Shown piece by piece: positions 43,371 to 52,326 of a stretch of 64,000 nucleotides of DNA. The position numbers and the translations under genes were made by a program. Location: positions 22,358-86,357 of the forward strand of contig CAKSFK010000001.1 of assembly GCA_934454655.1 (NCBI GenBank). The letters run 5' to 3'. Source of the stretch: an uncultured Eubacteriales bacterium (lineage in GTDB: Bacteria > Bacillota > Clostridia > Oscillospirales > Acutalibacteraceae). Under the pieces are notes generated by a model. The model was given only the letters and a program-made list of their open reading frames with translations. It ran no database searches and was not told where the DNA came from. Position 1 is the stretch's first letter, and each line of letters starts with the position of its first letter.

Positions 43371-43663
43371 GGGGCTGAAAACATAAGTTTTCAGCCCCAC
43401 TGAGCGTGTCGAAAAAGTCGACACGCTCTTGGTCGGGGATGCCGTTCGCTCGAAAATCAAAGATTTTCGGACTGCTCTCTATCCCCGCCAATACCACCCC
43501 TGCTCCCTTGAAAAACCGCCGGACAAGCGGTTTTTCGCTTACAAGGTGTTTTTCCGCCGCACGTGTCGGCGGAAAAACAAAATGCGGCGTGAACGCCGCA
43601 TCAAAGTCAGACTGTGGTTTATCGACAGTCTGAACGGGGCTGAAAACATAAGTTTTCAGCCCC
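43371..43663 (+). repeat. Hairpin-rich 233 bp element (core 43401-43633), copy 2, bracketed by a duplicated 28 bp stem-loop
   Basis: GGGGCTGAAAACATAAGTTTTCAGCCCC occurs at 43371-43398 and 43636-43663. The core is inverted relative to copy 1 and has the same length. Confidence 0.85.
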
Positions 43664-43706
43664 GCTGTTTATCGCGTGAAAAGCGCTGTGTATTGATTTA
43701 ACCGCG

Positions 43707-43889
43707 TTACTCCCCCACGGTGTAACGATGCGAACGCGAACCCTCAACAACGCGCAGACGGCGGCGTTTTATGCGGCAGATAACCTGCTGTTCAAGGGCG
43801 GCAAGCTTATCCTCGTTAAAAAAGCCGTAAACCAGCGCCGCAAAAAGCAGTATTTCCAAAAGTGTTCTCAAAATCATTGATAATGTCAT
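43707..43889 (-). CDS. Small membrane peptide (60 aa, one N-terminal TM helix plus a basic tail), function unknown
   Basis: The sequence is MTLSMILRTLLEILLFAALVYGFF..RIKRRRLRV. A GGGAGGG SD lies 7 nt upstream, preceded by a perfect consensus promoter. Confidence 0.55.
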   Translation of the reverse strand: MTLSMILRTLLEILLFAALVYGFFNEDKLAALEQQVICRIKRRRLRVVEGSRSHRYTVGE

Positions 43890-43924
43890 ACGGTTTCCCT
43901 CCCGAACATCTGTTCGTTATTTGT

Positions 43925-43953
43925 ATTATACAGTAGAAAATAAAGTTTGTCAA
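43925..43953 (-). promoter_or_regulatory. Perfect consensus sigma-A promoter of the 60-aa peptide gene
   Basis: On the minus strand: TTGACA (43953-43948), 17 nt, TATAAT (43930-43925). A small 5'-UTR hairpin CGAACA-ga-TGTTCG lies just before the SD. Confidence 0.6.
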
Positions 43954-44188
43954 GCATTTTTTTCACTGTATTTTTATTATACGGGAGAATGTGTACCATA
44001 ACCGTCCCTTTGATGTTGCAGATTAAAATTTTTATACCCTGATTGTATTGTCTATGCAAAAATTTGTCTGCGAGGCCGACACCGAACTTTTTTACTTTTC
44101 ACTATTACTTATTACTTCCTAAGGCACAAAGTCGTTTTTTGTAAAGAGGCAAAAATTAGAGCCCCAAAGACTTACGCCTTTGGGGCTT

Positions 44189-44264
<76 letters not shown>

Positions 44265-44560
44265 GAATATACGACAATTTTCATCCTTAGTGTGGCAGGA
44301 CTCGAACCTGCCGCGGTTTCGCTCGCCGCCTTTTAGATTGCGGCTTTGCGTTCATTTTTGCAAGGCGTCAGCCTTGCTGCAAATTTCTCGCTTCGCCGAA
44401 TAAAATTAAAGCGGCAGAAACTTTTAACCTACCGAAACTGAAAATTTTGTCATAAGACGAAGCCGACTAAACGCAGGAATACTGCCGTATTTCAAGTTTT
44501 GAGGCAATGTATTATGCAAAATTTTGTTTCGTAGGCGTGGCAGGTTCGAGTCCTGTCACA

Positions 44561-44839
44561 CTAGGCAAGCGAGAATAATCCGAACCTGCCCAAAACGGTG
44601 TATTTTCGGCGTATTTTCACTTGTCGTCTTTATAAGGCGAAAGCCTTATCGCATCCTCCGCATAAAAATCCACACGAAAATCGCGCTCGTTTTGGGTCGA
44701 AGATTTTTTGAGGAGCGGATTTTTTGCAGAGCAAGGCACAAAACGCAGTTAATCCTAACGGATTAACGAGTATTTTAACGCGGCAATGCGAGAAATCCGC
44801 GCTCTAAAAACGGGTTCGGATTATTCTCGTTTGCCTAAG
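44561..44839 (+). mobile_element. MITE, full-length copy (about 279 bp), with about 28 bp terminal inverted repeats
   Basis: The ends are CTAGGCAAGCGAGAATAATCCGAACC and GGGTTCGGATTATTCTCGTTTGCCTAAG. It has no credible ORF. Fragments of the same family occur at 21586, 29500 and 50898, with degenerate traces at 17295 and 61200. Confidence 0.75.
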
Positions 44840-44871
44840 TGTTACGGTGCTTTGAACACCGCAACACTATT

Positions 44872-46398
44872 TTACTCGCTCCAGTACTTTTTGTCAAGTG
44901 TTCTGAACGAAATTGCCGCAAAAATATGCTCTTTTTTTATAATTTCACTGCCGTCAAGGTCCGCAACCGTTCGCGCGACCTTTAAAATCCTGTCATAAGC
45001 GCGCGCGGACATACCGAGCCGTTCAAACGAAAGCTGTAAATACATCTGCGCGTCGGAATCCGTAACGCAGTATTTTTTAAGCATTGAGGGCGTCAGTCTT
45101 GCGTTACAGGTAACGCCCGTGCCGGCGTAGCGCTCGTTCTGCATTTTGCGTGCCTTATTTACCCTTTCCCTTATAATGGCGGAGGACTCCTCCCCGGCGG
45201 AGGAGTTAAGCTCGTCATAATTAACGGGCGGCACTTCAACGTGCAGGTCAATGCGGTCGAGCATCGGTCCCGATATTCGGCTTAAGTATTTATGCACCGC
45301 GTTCCCCGTGCAGACGCAGGGCCTTGTGGGGTGACCGAAATAGCCGCAGGGGCAGGGGTTCATTGCCGCAACCAGCATTACCGAGCTTGGATATGTTACG
45401 GTGCCGGAAACCCGCGAGATCGTAACCTTTCCGTCCTCCAGCGGCTGGCGCAGCGCCTCCATAACGTCGCGCCTGAACTCGGGCAGTTCATCCAAAAACA
45501 GAACCCCGCCGTGCGCCAGCGATATTTCCCCCGGGCGCGGCACGCTTCCGCCGCCGGTTATTCCCGCAACCGAAACGGTGTGGTGCGGCGAACGGAACGG
45601 ACGAACCCTTACAAACGGGTTGTCACGGCTTAACAGACCGGCTATGGAGTGAATTTTTGTGGTTTCAATCGATTCCTCAAAGGTCATTTCGGGCAATATT
45701 GTGGGCAGACGCTTTGCAAGCATACTCTTACCCGCTCCCGGAGGCCCTATAAGCAAAATGTTGTGTCCGCCCGCGGCGGCAACCTCCAGCGCCTTTTTTG
45801 CCGCATACTGACCCTTCACCTCGCTGAAATCCACGCCGTAGCAGAGCGCGGAGGACGATATTTCGGTTTTCGGGGATACCTCCATCAGCTTTTCGCCCTT
45901 TATGTGGCTTATAAGCTGTTCCACATCGGAAACGCCGTAGACCGAAATGCCGTCGATAACGGCGGCTTCGGCGGCGTTATCGACGGGGACAAACACATTC
46001 TTTATTCCGTGGTTGCGCGCTGTAATTGCAATTGCAATTATTCCGCCTGCAGGGCGAACCTTGCCGTCCAGCGACAGCTCGCCCACGAAAACACTGTCGG
46101 ACAGATCGGCTTTAAGCTGTCCCGACGCCTCCAATATTGAAATCAGCACCGGCAGATCATAAATAGAGCCTTCTTTTTTTAAGTCTGCGGGGGCAAGGTT
46201 TATTGTTATTCTCCCCGTGGGAAAGCGGTAGCCGCTGTTTTTTACCGCGGCGCGCACGCGGTCGCGCGATTCCTTAACGGCGGTATCGGGCAGACCCACA
46301 ATATCAAAAGCGGGCAGACCTGTTGAAACATCAGCCTCAACCTCTATCATATAAGAATCAATACCGAACAAGCCGATGCTTTTAAGCCTTGAAAACAA
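44872..46398 (-). CDS. comM: YifB/ComM-family Mg-chelatase-like AAA+ ATPase
   Basis: It has a Lon-like N-terminal domain, Walker A LLIGPPGAGKSMLA, GVLFLDELPEF and a C-terminal ChlI domain. Confidence 0.9.
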   Translation of the reverse strand: MFSRLKSIGLFGIDSYMIEVEADVSTGLPAFDIVGLPDTAVKESRDRVRAAVKNSGYRFPTGRITINLAPADLKKEGSIYDLPVLISILEASGQLKADLSDSVFVGELSLDGKVRPAGGIIAIAITARNHGIKNVFVPVDNAAEAAVIDGISVYGVSDVEQLISHIKGEKLMEVSPKTEISSSALCYGVDFSEVKGQYAAKKALEVAAAGGHNILLIGPPGAGKSMLAKRLPTILPEMTFEESIETTKIHSIAGLLSRDNPFVRVRPFRSPHHTVSVAGITGGGSVPRPGEISLAHGGVLFLDELPEFRRDVMEALRQPLEDGKVTISRVSGTVTYPSSVMLVAAMNPCPCGYFGHPTRPCVCTGNAVHKYLSRISGPMLDRIDLHVEVPPVNYDELNSSAGEESSAIIRERVNKARKMQNERYAGTGVTCNARLTPSMLKKYCVTDSDAQMYLQLSFERLGMSARAYDRILKVARTVADLDGSEIIKKEHIFAAISFRTLDKKYWSE

Positions 46399-46471
46399 AC
46401 CGCCGCCCCCTTTTTATCTAAAATAACATTTTTAACATTATATACCTATATTTCCCAAAAATCAACACCCG

Positions 46472-46936
46472 TTACACGGTAATCTTCGCAAAACCCGCCC
46501 CTATAAGCTCCGCCAGCCTTTCGGGAGAAACCCTCACCTGAAAGCCCACCTTGCCCGCACTTACGTAAAATTCGTCAAGCTTTTCGGCGCTTTCGTCTAT
46601 CACGGTTTTAAATTTCTTTTTCATTCCGACGGGCGAACAACCGCCGTGGATATAGCCCGTAAGCGGCAAAAGCTCCTTTTGCTTAAGCATTGAAACCGAT
46701 TTCACGCCCACCGCACGTGCCGCCGCCTTAAGGTCAAGCGTTTCGGCAACGGGAATTACAAACACAAAATGCTCCTTATTGCCCGATTCGGTAACAAGCG
46801 TTTTAAAAACCTTTTTTTCGTCCTCGCCCAAAACCTCGGCAATTTTAACCCCCTCGGTAAGCTCGGGTGAATAGCTGAACGGTTCGTATTCTATCTTTTC
46901 CTTATCCAGCACGCGCATTACGTTTGTTTTAAGCAT
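46472..46936 (-). CDS. ybaK: Cys-tRNA(Pro)/Cys-tRNA(Cys) deacylase YbaK
   Basis: It is 154 aa with the YbaK/EbsC pattern (KTLV........V.....L.LK, GGCSP.G). Confidence 0.85.
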   Translation of the reverse strand: MLKTNVMRVLDKEKIEYEPFSYSPELTEGVKIAEVLGEDEKKVFKTLVTESGNKEHFVFVIPVAETLDLKAAARAVGVKSVSMLKQKELLPLTGYIHGGCSPVGMKKKFKTVIDESAEKLDEFYVSAGKVGFQVRVSPERLAELIGAGFAKITV

Positions 46937-48006
46937 TATTCAAACACTTCTCCGTTTATAATAACAGTTTTAATATTAATATCCTTGTCCACTATAAGCA
47001 TATCGGCGTCAAAACCGGGCTTTATTTGTCCCTTGTTCACACCGAGCATTTCCGCGGGGGTGCGGCTTGCCATTCTTACCGCGTCCTCAAACGGTATTCC
47101 GAATCCTACCGCCGTCTTAACGCAGTCAAGCAATGTTGCGCTGCTGCCCGCAATCGTGCCGTCACCAAGGCGCGCCGCGCCGTTTTTAAGGAACACCTTA
47201 AGCCCGCCCGATTCATACTCGCCGTCGGGCAGACCCGCGCTTCTGATGCTGTCGCTTATAAGGGTAAGGCGGTCGGGTCCGAACATTTTGTAGGTGGCAA
47301 GCACCACGGGGCGCGACACGTGAAAGCCATCGCATATAAGCTGTGCGTAAATATGATTTACAAACCCTGCCCCTATGGGTCCCGGGTTGCGGTGGTGGAA
47401 CGGCGGCATTGCGTTATAGATATGCGTAAGGCAACTCGCGCCGTTTTTTACAGCCTCGTCCGCCGTTTCAAAATCGCAGTCGGTGTGTCCTATGGATACA
47501 ACACATTCGGGAGTTACGGATTTTATGAACTCCATACTGCCCGGTTTTTCCGGGGCAACGGTTACCATTTTAACGTTTTTAAAACGGGAAAATTCCTTTA
47601 CCGACGGGTTTTTTATAAACTTTTCATTCTGCGCGCCCTTGTGTTTTTCGGAAATATACGGTCCCTCAAAATGAAAGCCCAGAATCTGCGCTCCCGCAAA
47701 ATCGGTTTTGGCATTTGTAACCTTTAAAAGGCTGTCATACCCCATTGTCATAGTGGTGGGCAGAAACGATGTTGTGCCGTGCTGTGCGTAAAAGCGGCAC
47801 ATCGGCTCAAAGTCTGCGTCCATTGTGTCCATTCCTATGCAGCCGTGGGTATGCACATCAATAAGTCCCGGGATAAGTCGGTTCCCCTCGGCGTCAATAT
47901 CGCCGCATGAACGGTTTTCCTCAACCGCCGCAATCTTGCCGTCCTTTGTTAAAACCGTTTTAAGTTCTCCATTTACCAATGCATTGTAAATAACCGTAAT
48001 AAACAC
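46936..48006 (-). CDS. nagA: N-acetylglucosamine-6-phosphate deacetylase
   Basis: It has the metal ligands DVHTHG, plus HFEGPYIS, THIYNAMPPFHHR and DSI...G. Confidence 0.85.
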   Translation of the reverse strand: MFITVIYNALVNGELKTVLTKDGKIAAVEENRSCGDIDAEGNRLIPGLIDVHTHGCIGMDTMDADFEPMCRFYAQHGTTSFLPTTMTMGYDSLLKVTNAKTDFAGAQILGFHFEGPYISEKHKGAQNEKFIKNPSVKEFSRFKNVKMVTVAPEKPGSMEFIKSVTPECVVSIGHTDCDFETADEAVKNGASCLTHIYNAMPPFHHRNPGPIGAGFVNHIYAQLICDGFHVSRPVVLATYKMFGPDRLTLISDSIRSAGLPDGEYESGGLKVFLKNGAARLGDGTIAGSSATLLDCVKTAVGFGIPFEDAVRMASRTPAEMLGVNKGQIKPGFDADMLIVDKDINIKTVIINGEVFE

Positions 48007-48009
48007 TCC

Positions 48010-49431
48010 TTAGCGTACAAATCCGTCAATCGCCGCAACAAGAGCTTTGTTTCTTGTTGCGGAAATATTGTTAAGAAAAATCACGTCGCCCGCGCCCGTT
48101 TCGGCGCAAAGCTGAACCAGTCCCCTTTGGTCTATCCGCGAAAAATACCGATAATCCACAACGTACAGCGTTCCGTAATGCGGCACTAAAAACGGGGCAA
48201 AGGCATTGCCGTACGATTCTTTTACCAAAATGCAGGCAGAGCCGTCCGTCACGGCGGGGTTTCTTATAACTTCAAGAGGTCTGTCGCCCTTTAAAAACGT
48301 CAGATATTTTGAGGACTGCGAGGCGGTGCTCATATCCGATATTATTTCACCCGCGCGCACACTGCCGTCGATATAGTGTATTTCCGCCTCGTTTGTTTCG
48401 GGCGGCACATATGCGTACACCGTATCGGGATTGGCGGCAAGCCCCGGCAGTTTTCCGCTTGAGGTGTAAAAAGAGCCGAGATAGCCCGGAAATTCCCTTA
48501 CGCCGAAATACCCGAGTTCCTTTGCCGTAACGCCCTTTGAGCGCGCAAATTCCGAATACGCATAGTACGCGCCGAGGGCGGTCCAGTGATGGTCGGTTCT
48601 GAAATAGATATATTCGTTTCGGCGCGATTTAAGGGTGTCATAAACCGGTACGGTTTTAACGCCGGGCATACAGGAATACATATATTCCGTCGCTTTTTTC
48701 TGGTCGGAGGTGTTTATTCCCGCCGCAATGTCGTCCGGCGCGCAGATGCCCATACTGTTGGGCGCGATAATATCGTAAACCTCGGCTTTCCCCGCAAGCA
48801 GTGCGGCGGCGCGGCTTACCGCGGCGGCGTAGCTGTCCGCCGTACCCCTTACGAAATTGTAGTATTCGTATGCGGTGTCGCCGTTTATAAGCAGTGCGCC
48901 CAATGTTTGTGTTTTTTGTGTGTTTTGGGGCGTTTCGGTCGTCGGGGTTTTGCTTTCCGTGCTGTCCTGCGACGTTTCGGCACCCGAAGCGGCGCCTTGC
49001 GCGGAGGACGCGGCATCGGCAGAAGCGGAGCTTTCGGTCTGCGGTTTTTGGGGAATTTCGTCCCCTTTTTCAACCGTTCCGTGAATTTTAACCTTTGTCT
49101 TGCCGTATATAAGGCTCATCCGCGCGTTTAAATCGGTAAATTTGTCCCTTAACGGAAAGGTATCGGAATACCAACCGGATATGCCGTCAAAAAAGTCACC
49201 CGACAGGAATGACGACACCGTGAATCGGGGGAATTTTTTAAGCTCCCTCTTTTCGGACTCGGAATATTTGGGTCTGAGCGGAATTATAAGGGCTGAAACA
49301 AAGAAAAAACCGAACAGCAGAACCAAAAATCTTACATATATTATGTTAACCGTTCTGATTATTCTGCCGTTTTTAAGAATTTCTCTTTTTTCCTGTTCTT
49401 CGCTGTTTTGAATTTCAATATTTTCTTCCAT
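48010..49431 (-). CDS. DHHW-family (AlgJ/AlgX-like SGNH) protein, membrane-anchored
   Basis: It has an N-terminal TM segment and a Ser/Ala/Thr-rich linker. The eponymous motif is FRTDHHWT. It is paired with an MBOAT gene. Confidence 0.8.
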   Translation of the reverse strand: MEENIEIQNSEEQEKREILKNGRIIRTVNIIYVRFLVLLFGFFFVSALIIPLRPKYSESEKRELKKFPRFTVSSFLSGDFFDGISGWYSDTFPLRDKFTDLNARMSLIYGKTKVKIHGTVEKGDEIPQKPQTESSASADAASSAQGAASGAETSQDSTESKTPTTETPQNTQKTQTLGALLINGDTAYEYYNFVRGTADSYAAAVSRAAALLAGKAEVYDIIAPNSMGICAPDDIAAGINTSDQKKATEYMYSCMPGVKTVPVYDTLKSRRNEYIYFRTDHHWTALGAYYAYSEFARSKGVTAKELGYFGVREFPGYLGSFYTSSGKLPGLAANPDTVYAYVPPETNEAEIHYIDGSVRAGEIISDMSTASQSSKYLTFLKGDRPLEVIRNPAVTDGSACILVKESYGNAFAPFLVPHYGTLYVVDYRYFSRIDQRGLVQLCAETGAGDVIFLNNISATRNKALVAAIDGFVR

Positions 49432-49442
49432 ACAAATAACCC

Positions 49443-50885
49443 CTAAAATCTGAAATACAAAAACGGATTGTATGTGTTGCCGACAAGCGCCGCGGTTGAA
49501 AAAATTATAAGCAGTGCGGGCAGTGTAAGCTGTAGGGCCGAATACAGCGCCAGCGCCTTGCCCGAGCGCAGGGCGGTGTATTTTATTTTTTCGCTTATTT
49601 TCTTCACAAGCGGCGTTGAAGCAACTATTCCCACCGCCAGAACACCGATGTAGCTTTTAACGGTGGTAAGGGTTTCAAAATCGGAAAATTTGTTGCCGTT
49701 CGCGCCGAACATTCCCTTTAAAACGCACCATATATCGCCCGTGTTTTCAAATTTGAAAAGCACCCACCCGAAGAAAATAACAACCAAAAGGTACACGTGG
49801 GATGCCGCGCGGTTACGCTTAAGAAGTTTGCCGAGGAAAAGCTTTTCGAGCGATATAAACACAAAAAAATACAGTCCCCACAGCACAAAATTCCAGGACG
49901 CGCCGTGCCACAGACCCGTAAGCGCCCACACAATAAGCAGGTTGAGCACCGTTCTTAGTCCGCCGCGGCGGTTTCCGCCCATAGGTATGTAAAGGTAATC
50001 TCTGAAAAAACTGCCGAGCGTTATGTGCCAGCGGCGCCAGAAATCGCTTACCGAGCGCGCCGTGTAGGGGTAATTGAAGTTTTCGGTATAGTGAATACCT
50101 ATCATACGCCCCATACCTATTGCCATATCCGAATAAGCGGAGAAATCGGTGTATATCTGAATTGCAAAGGCAAGCATACCCACCCAAAGTGACACCACAC
50201 TGCGCGAAGTCAGCACCGACATATCGCCGCCGTCCGCCGCCAAAAGGCTGTCCGCCACAGCGGCGCAGGTGTTTGCGATCAGGGCTTTTTTCGCAAGACC
50301 CACCGAAAAGCGGTTAAGCCCCTCGGCAATATCGCCGTAGCCCGCACGGCGGTTTTCAAGCTCCGCCGCAATGTCCTTGTATCTTACAATAGGTCCCGCG
50401 ACGCACTGGTGGAACATACTCACATAAAGCAGCAGTGTTTTAAAGCTGCGCTGTGCGCGCGCATCCGACCTGTATACGTCCACACAGTAGGTTATAAGCT
50501 GAAAGGTGTAGAACGAAATTCCGATAGGCAGAATTATGTTGGGAATACTTTTCGGGAATCCGCTTATAAGCCGCAGGTTTTGCAGGAAGAACGTTCCGTA
50601 TTTGAAAATCCCCAAAAGCAGCAGATCGGCTGTTACGGCAAGCGCCAAAAACAGCCTTGATTTTTTTCTGTTTTTTCTGTTTAGGGCAATGTGCAGCGAC
50701 AAATACCAGTCGATAAACGTCATACCGACCAACAGTATTATGTAAACCGGCTCTCCCCAGGCATAGAATATGAGCGAGAACACCAGCATAACCGTGTTCT
50801 TCTGCTTTATGTCCCTTGCGATAAAATACGCAATCAGGTTAAGCGGCAGAAACAGGTACAAAAATATTAAACTTGAAAACACCAT
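49443..50885 (-). CDS. MBOAT-family O-acyltransferase (AlgI/DltB-like)
   Basis: It is polytopic with the MBOAT core FWRRWHITLGSFFRDYLYIPMGGNR. The start is set at MVFSSLIF; the upstream part of the track ORF lies in a MITE fragment. Confidence 0.85.
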   Translation of the reverse strand: MVFSSLIFLYLFLPLNLIAYFIARDIKQKNTVMLVFSLIFYAWGEPVYIILLVGMTFIDWYLSLHIALNRKNRKKSRLFLALAVTADLLLLGIFKYGTFFLQNLRLISGFPKSIPNIILPIGISFYTFQLITYCVDVYRSDARAQRSFKTLLLYVSMFHQCVAGPIVRYKDIAAELENRRAGYGDIAEGLNRFSVGLAKKALIANTCAAVADSLLAADGGDMSVLTSRSVVSLWVGMLAFAIQIYTDFSAYSDMAIGMGRMIGIHYTENFNYPYTARSVSDFWRRWHITLGSFFRDYLYIPMGGNRRGGLRTVLNLLIVWALTGLWHGASWNFVLWGLYFFVFISLEKLFLGKLLKRNRAASHVYLLVVIFFGWVLFKFENTGDIWCVLKGMFGANGNKFSDFETLTTVKSYIGVLAVGIVASTPLVKKISEKIKYTALRSGKALALYSALQLTLPALLIIFSTAALVGNTYNPFLYFRF

Positions 50886-50897
50886 AAATAACACACC

Positions 50898-50960
50898 CGT
50901 AAGATCCGAATCCGTTTTTCGGGCGCGGATTTCTCGCGTTGCCGCATTATAATATCCGCA
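50898..50960 (-). repeat. Partial MITE copy (internal plus right-end segment) just upstream of the MBOAT gene
   Basis: The reverse complement ..AATGCGGCAACGCGAGAAATCCGCGCCCGAAAAACGGATTCGGATC.. aligns with 44778-44825. Confidence 0.55.
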
Positions 50961-51044
50961 AGGCGAACAGAACCTGTCGCTCCCGACGTTTAACATTATA
51001 CTTTATCCCGGCACAATTTAAAACAACAAATAGGTTACAAATTA

Positions 51045-52190
51045 TTACGTTTTGTTTTCTTCCGTTCCCGCGGACAGTTTTATTCCGTTTACCTCAAAAC
51101 AGCTGTCGGCACGTATTAAAAGATAATTTACGCCGTCGATAACCGTTGTTTTAATAAGCTCGTCGCGTTCGGGGTTTATTTTAACCGTAACGTCGTCGGT
51201 TTTAATTTCAAGCTTTTTCGTGTCCACAATATTGGCAGGCGAAAGCCTTGCCTCGGCACCGAAGGCGCGGTCGTATTCTTCTTTAAACGCGCCTATGCGT
51301 TCGCTTTTAACATCGCAGTCCATGAGAATCCCCGAAATATCGTCCCTTGAAAGGGTGAGCGGCTCGGTTTCGCGGTTTTCCTTATGCTCTGTTACCATAT
51401 CGTCAACCCTGCCGCGCACCGCCTTTATTGTTTCAAGCGTGCAGTCATCCTCAAGACTGCGGCTTAAAACCCCGTCAAAGCTGTCCTTTTGCTGTGCCGC
51501 TGGCATGGGCATACCTGTGCCGAAGAGCCTTTCGGCAATATCCGAATAATCGGCGGAAATATTTTTCTCATAAAATAAGGCGTTGTAAATGTTGCCGCAC
51601 CTGTCGTCAAACGCGGGGAACATAAAGCCTATATCGGGCGCTCCGACAACCGAATTTGCCGCCAGATTTTTAAAGCTGTTGTTCTCGGTCATAAAGCTTA
51701 AAAGCGGCTTTGTAAGTTTGATAGGGCAAACACAGCACACAAAATATCTGAACTGCTCACCCGATTCATCGCCCTTAAAACCGTCCTTTGTGTATGTAAA
51801 TACGTCATAACATTCGTGCGCCAGCAGGATAAGAAAACTGCCTTCGGACTTGTAGGCGGAAATAATATCTCCGTAAAGCGCGCTTATGCTCTCCTCGTCG
51901 TTAAGGGCGCTGTCGCGCAGCTTTAAAAGGCGTTTATGCCTGTCCCCGCCGAGCACCTCTTCGTTTGAAAACTCAATATCAACCAAATTACGGTTAATTC
52001 CGCCCGAAAGCGTTTTTTTAAGCACCGCAAGCAGTGCGTCCGCCTCATCCGGGGTAAGGGTTGCAAGCGGCTGTGAAAATTCGCCTATTATCTCGCCCGA
52101 GGCGCTCACGCAGCACCCTCTTACACTGCTTATATTTGTACGCTGACTGTTAAATCTGCGTCTTATTTCCGCAACTTCTTTTTCGTTCAT
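51045..52190 (-). CDS. DUF4317-family protein (conserved clostridial protein of unknown function)
   Basis: The 381-aa soluble protein begins MNEKEVAEIRRRFNSQRTNISSVRGCCVS... The family assignment is from memory of the DUF4317 N-terminal pattern and is moderately confident. Confidence 0.5.
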   Translation of the reverse strand: MNEKEVAEIRRRFNSQRTNISSVRGCCVSASGEIIGEFSQPLATLTPDEADALLAVLKKTLSGGINRNLVDIEFSNEEVLGGDRHKRLLKLRDSALNDEESISALYGDIISAYKSEGSFLILLAHECYDVFTYTKDGFKGDESGEQFRYFVCCVCPIKLTKPLLSFMTENNSFKNLAANSVVGAPDIGFMFPAFDDRCGNIYNALFYEKNISADYSDIAERLFGTGMPMPAAQQKDSFDGVLSRSLEDDCTLETIKAVRGRVDDMVTEHKENRETEPLTLSRDDISGILMDCDVKSERIGAFKEEYDRAFGAEARLSPANIVDTKKLEIKTDDVTVKINPERDELIKTTVIDGVNYLLIRADSCFEVNGIKLSAGTEENKT

Positions 52191-52267
52191 AATTTAAACC
52201 TCGCAATTAATATGTTAACATTATACCGCCGCCGAAAGCTTTTTTCAACGGTATAATTTGAAAGCAC

Positions 52268-52312
52268 AAAAAAGGCTGTACGGATTCGTTTGATCCCGAG
52301 GTCCGTACAGCC
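52268..52312 (-). terminator. Rho-independent terminator of the dnaK operon
   Basis: On the minus strand: GGCTGTACGGA..TCCGTACAGCC followed by TTTTTTGTG. Confidence 0.7.
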
Positions 52313-52326
52313 CTGTCTTAAATTTG

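Noticed and set aside
43371-43663. Identical 28 bp (and, at 23.7 kb, 22 bp) direct repeats considered as a mini CRISPR array.
   Set aside because: There are only two repeats per locus, separated by 233-237 bp. That is far longer than a spacer. The 'spacer' is itself a conserved repeat found at both loci, the repeats differ between loci, and no cas genes lie in the window.
44287-44314. tRNA-like 3' half (GGCAGGTTCGAGTCCTGCCACACTAAG on the minus strand). The T-loop-like TTCGAGT loop of the palindromic element could indicate a second tRNA gene, a tRNA minihelix, or an integrase att site.
   Set aside because: No matching 5' acceptor strand, D arm or anticodon arm can be found upstream, and there is no CCA context. 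The sequence differs from the 3' end of the adjacent tRNA-Ala. The same motif occurs as a self-complementary palindrome elsewhere, so it is treated as a repeat family. The 12-14 bp stem plus 7 nt loop does resemble an acceptor/T-arm minihelix, but I cannot support a function.
44524-44766. 80-aa ORF inside the full-length MITE, and 65-aa ORFs at 43263-43460 and 42607-43068 spanning repeats.
   Set aside because: They have no SD and are extremely basic and low-complexity. Their frames are created by repeat sequences, and the internally deleted MITE copy destroys the ORF.
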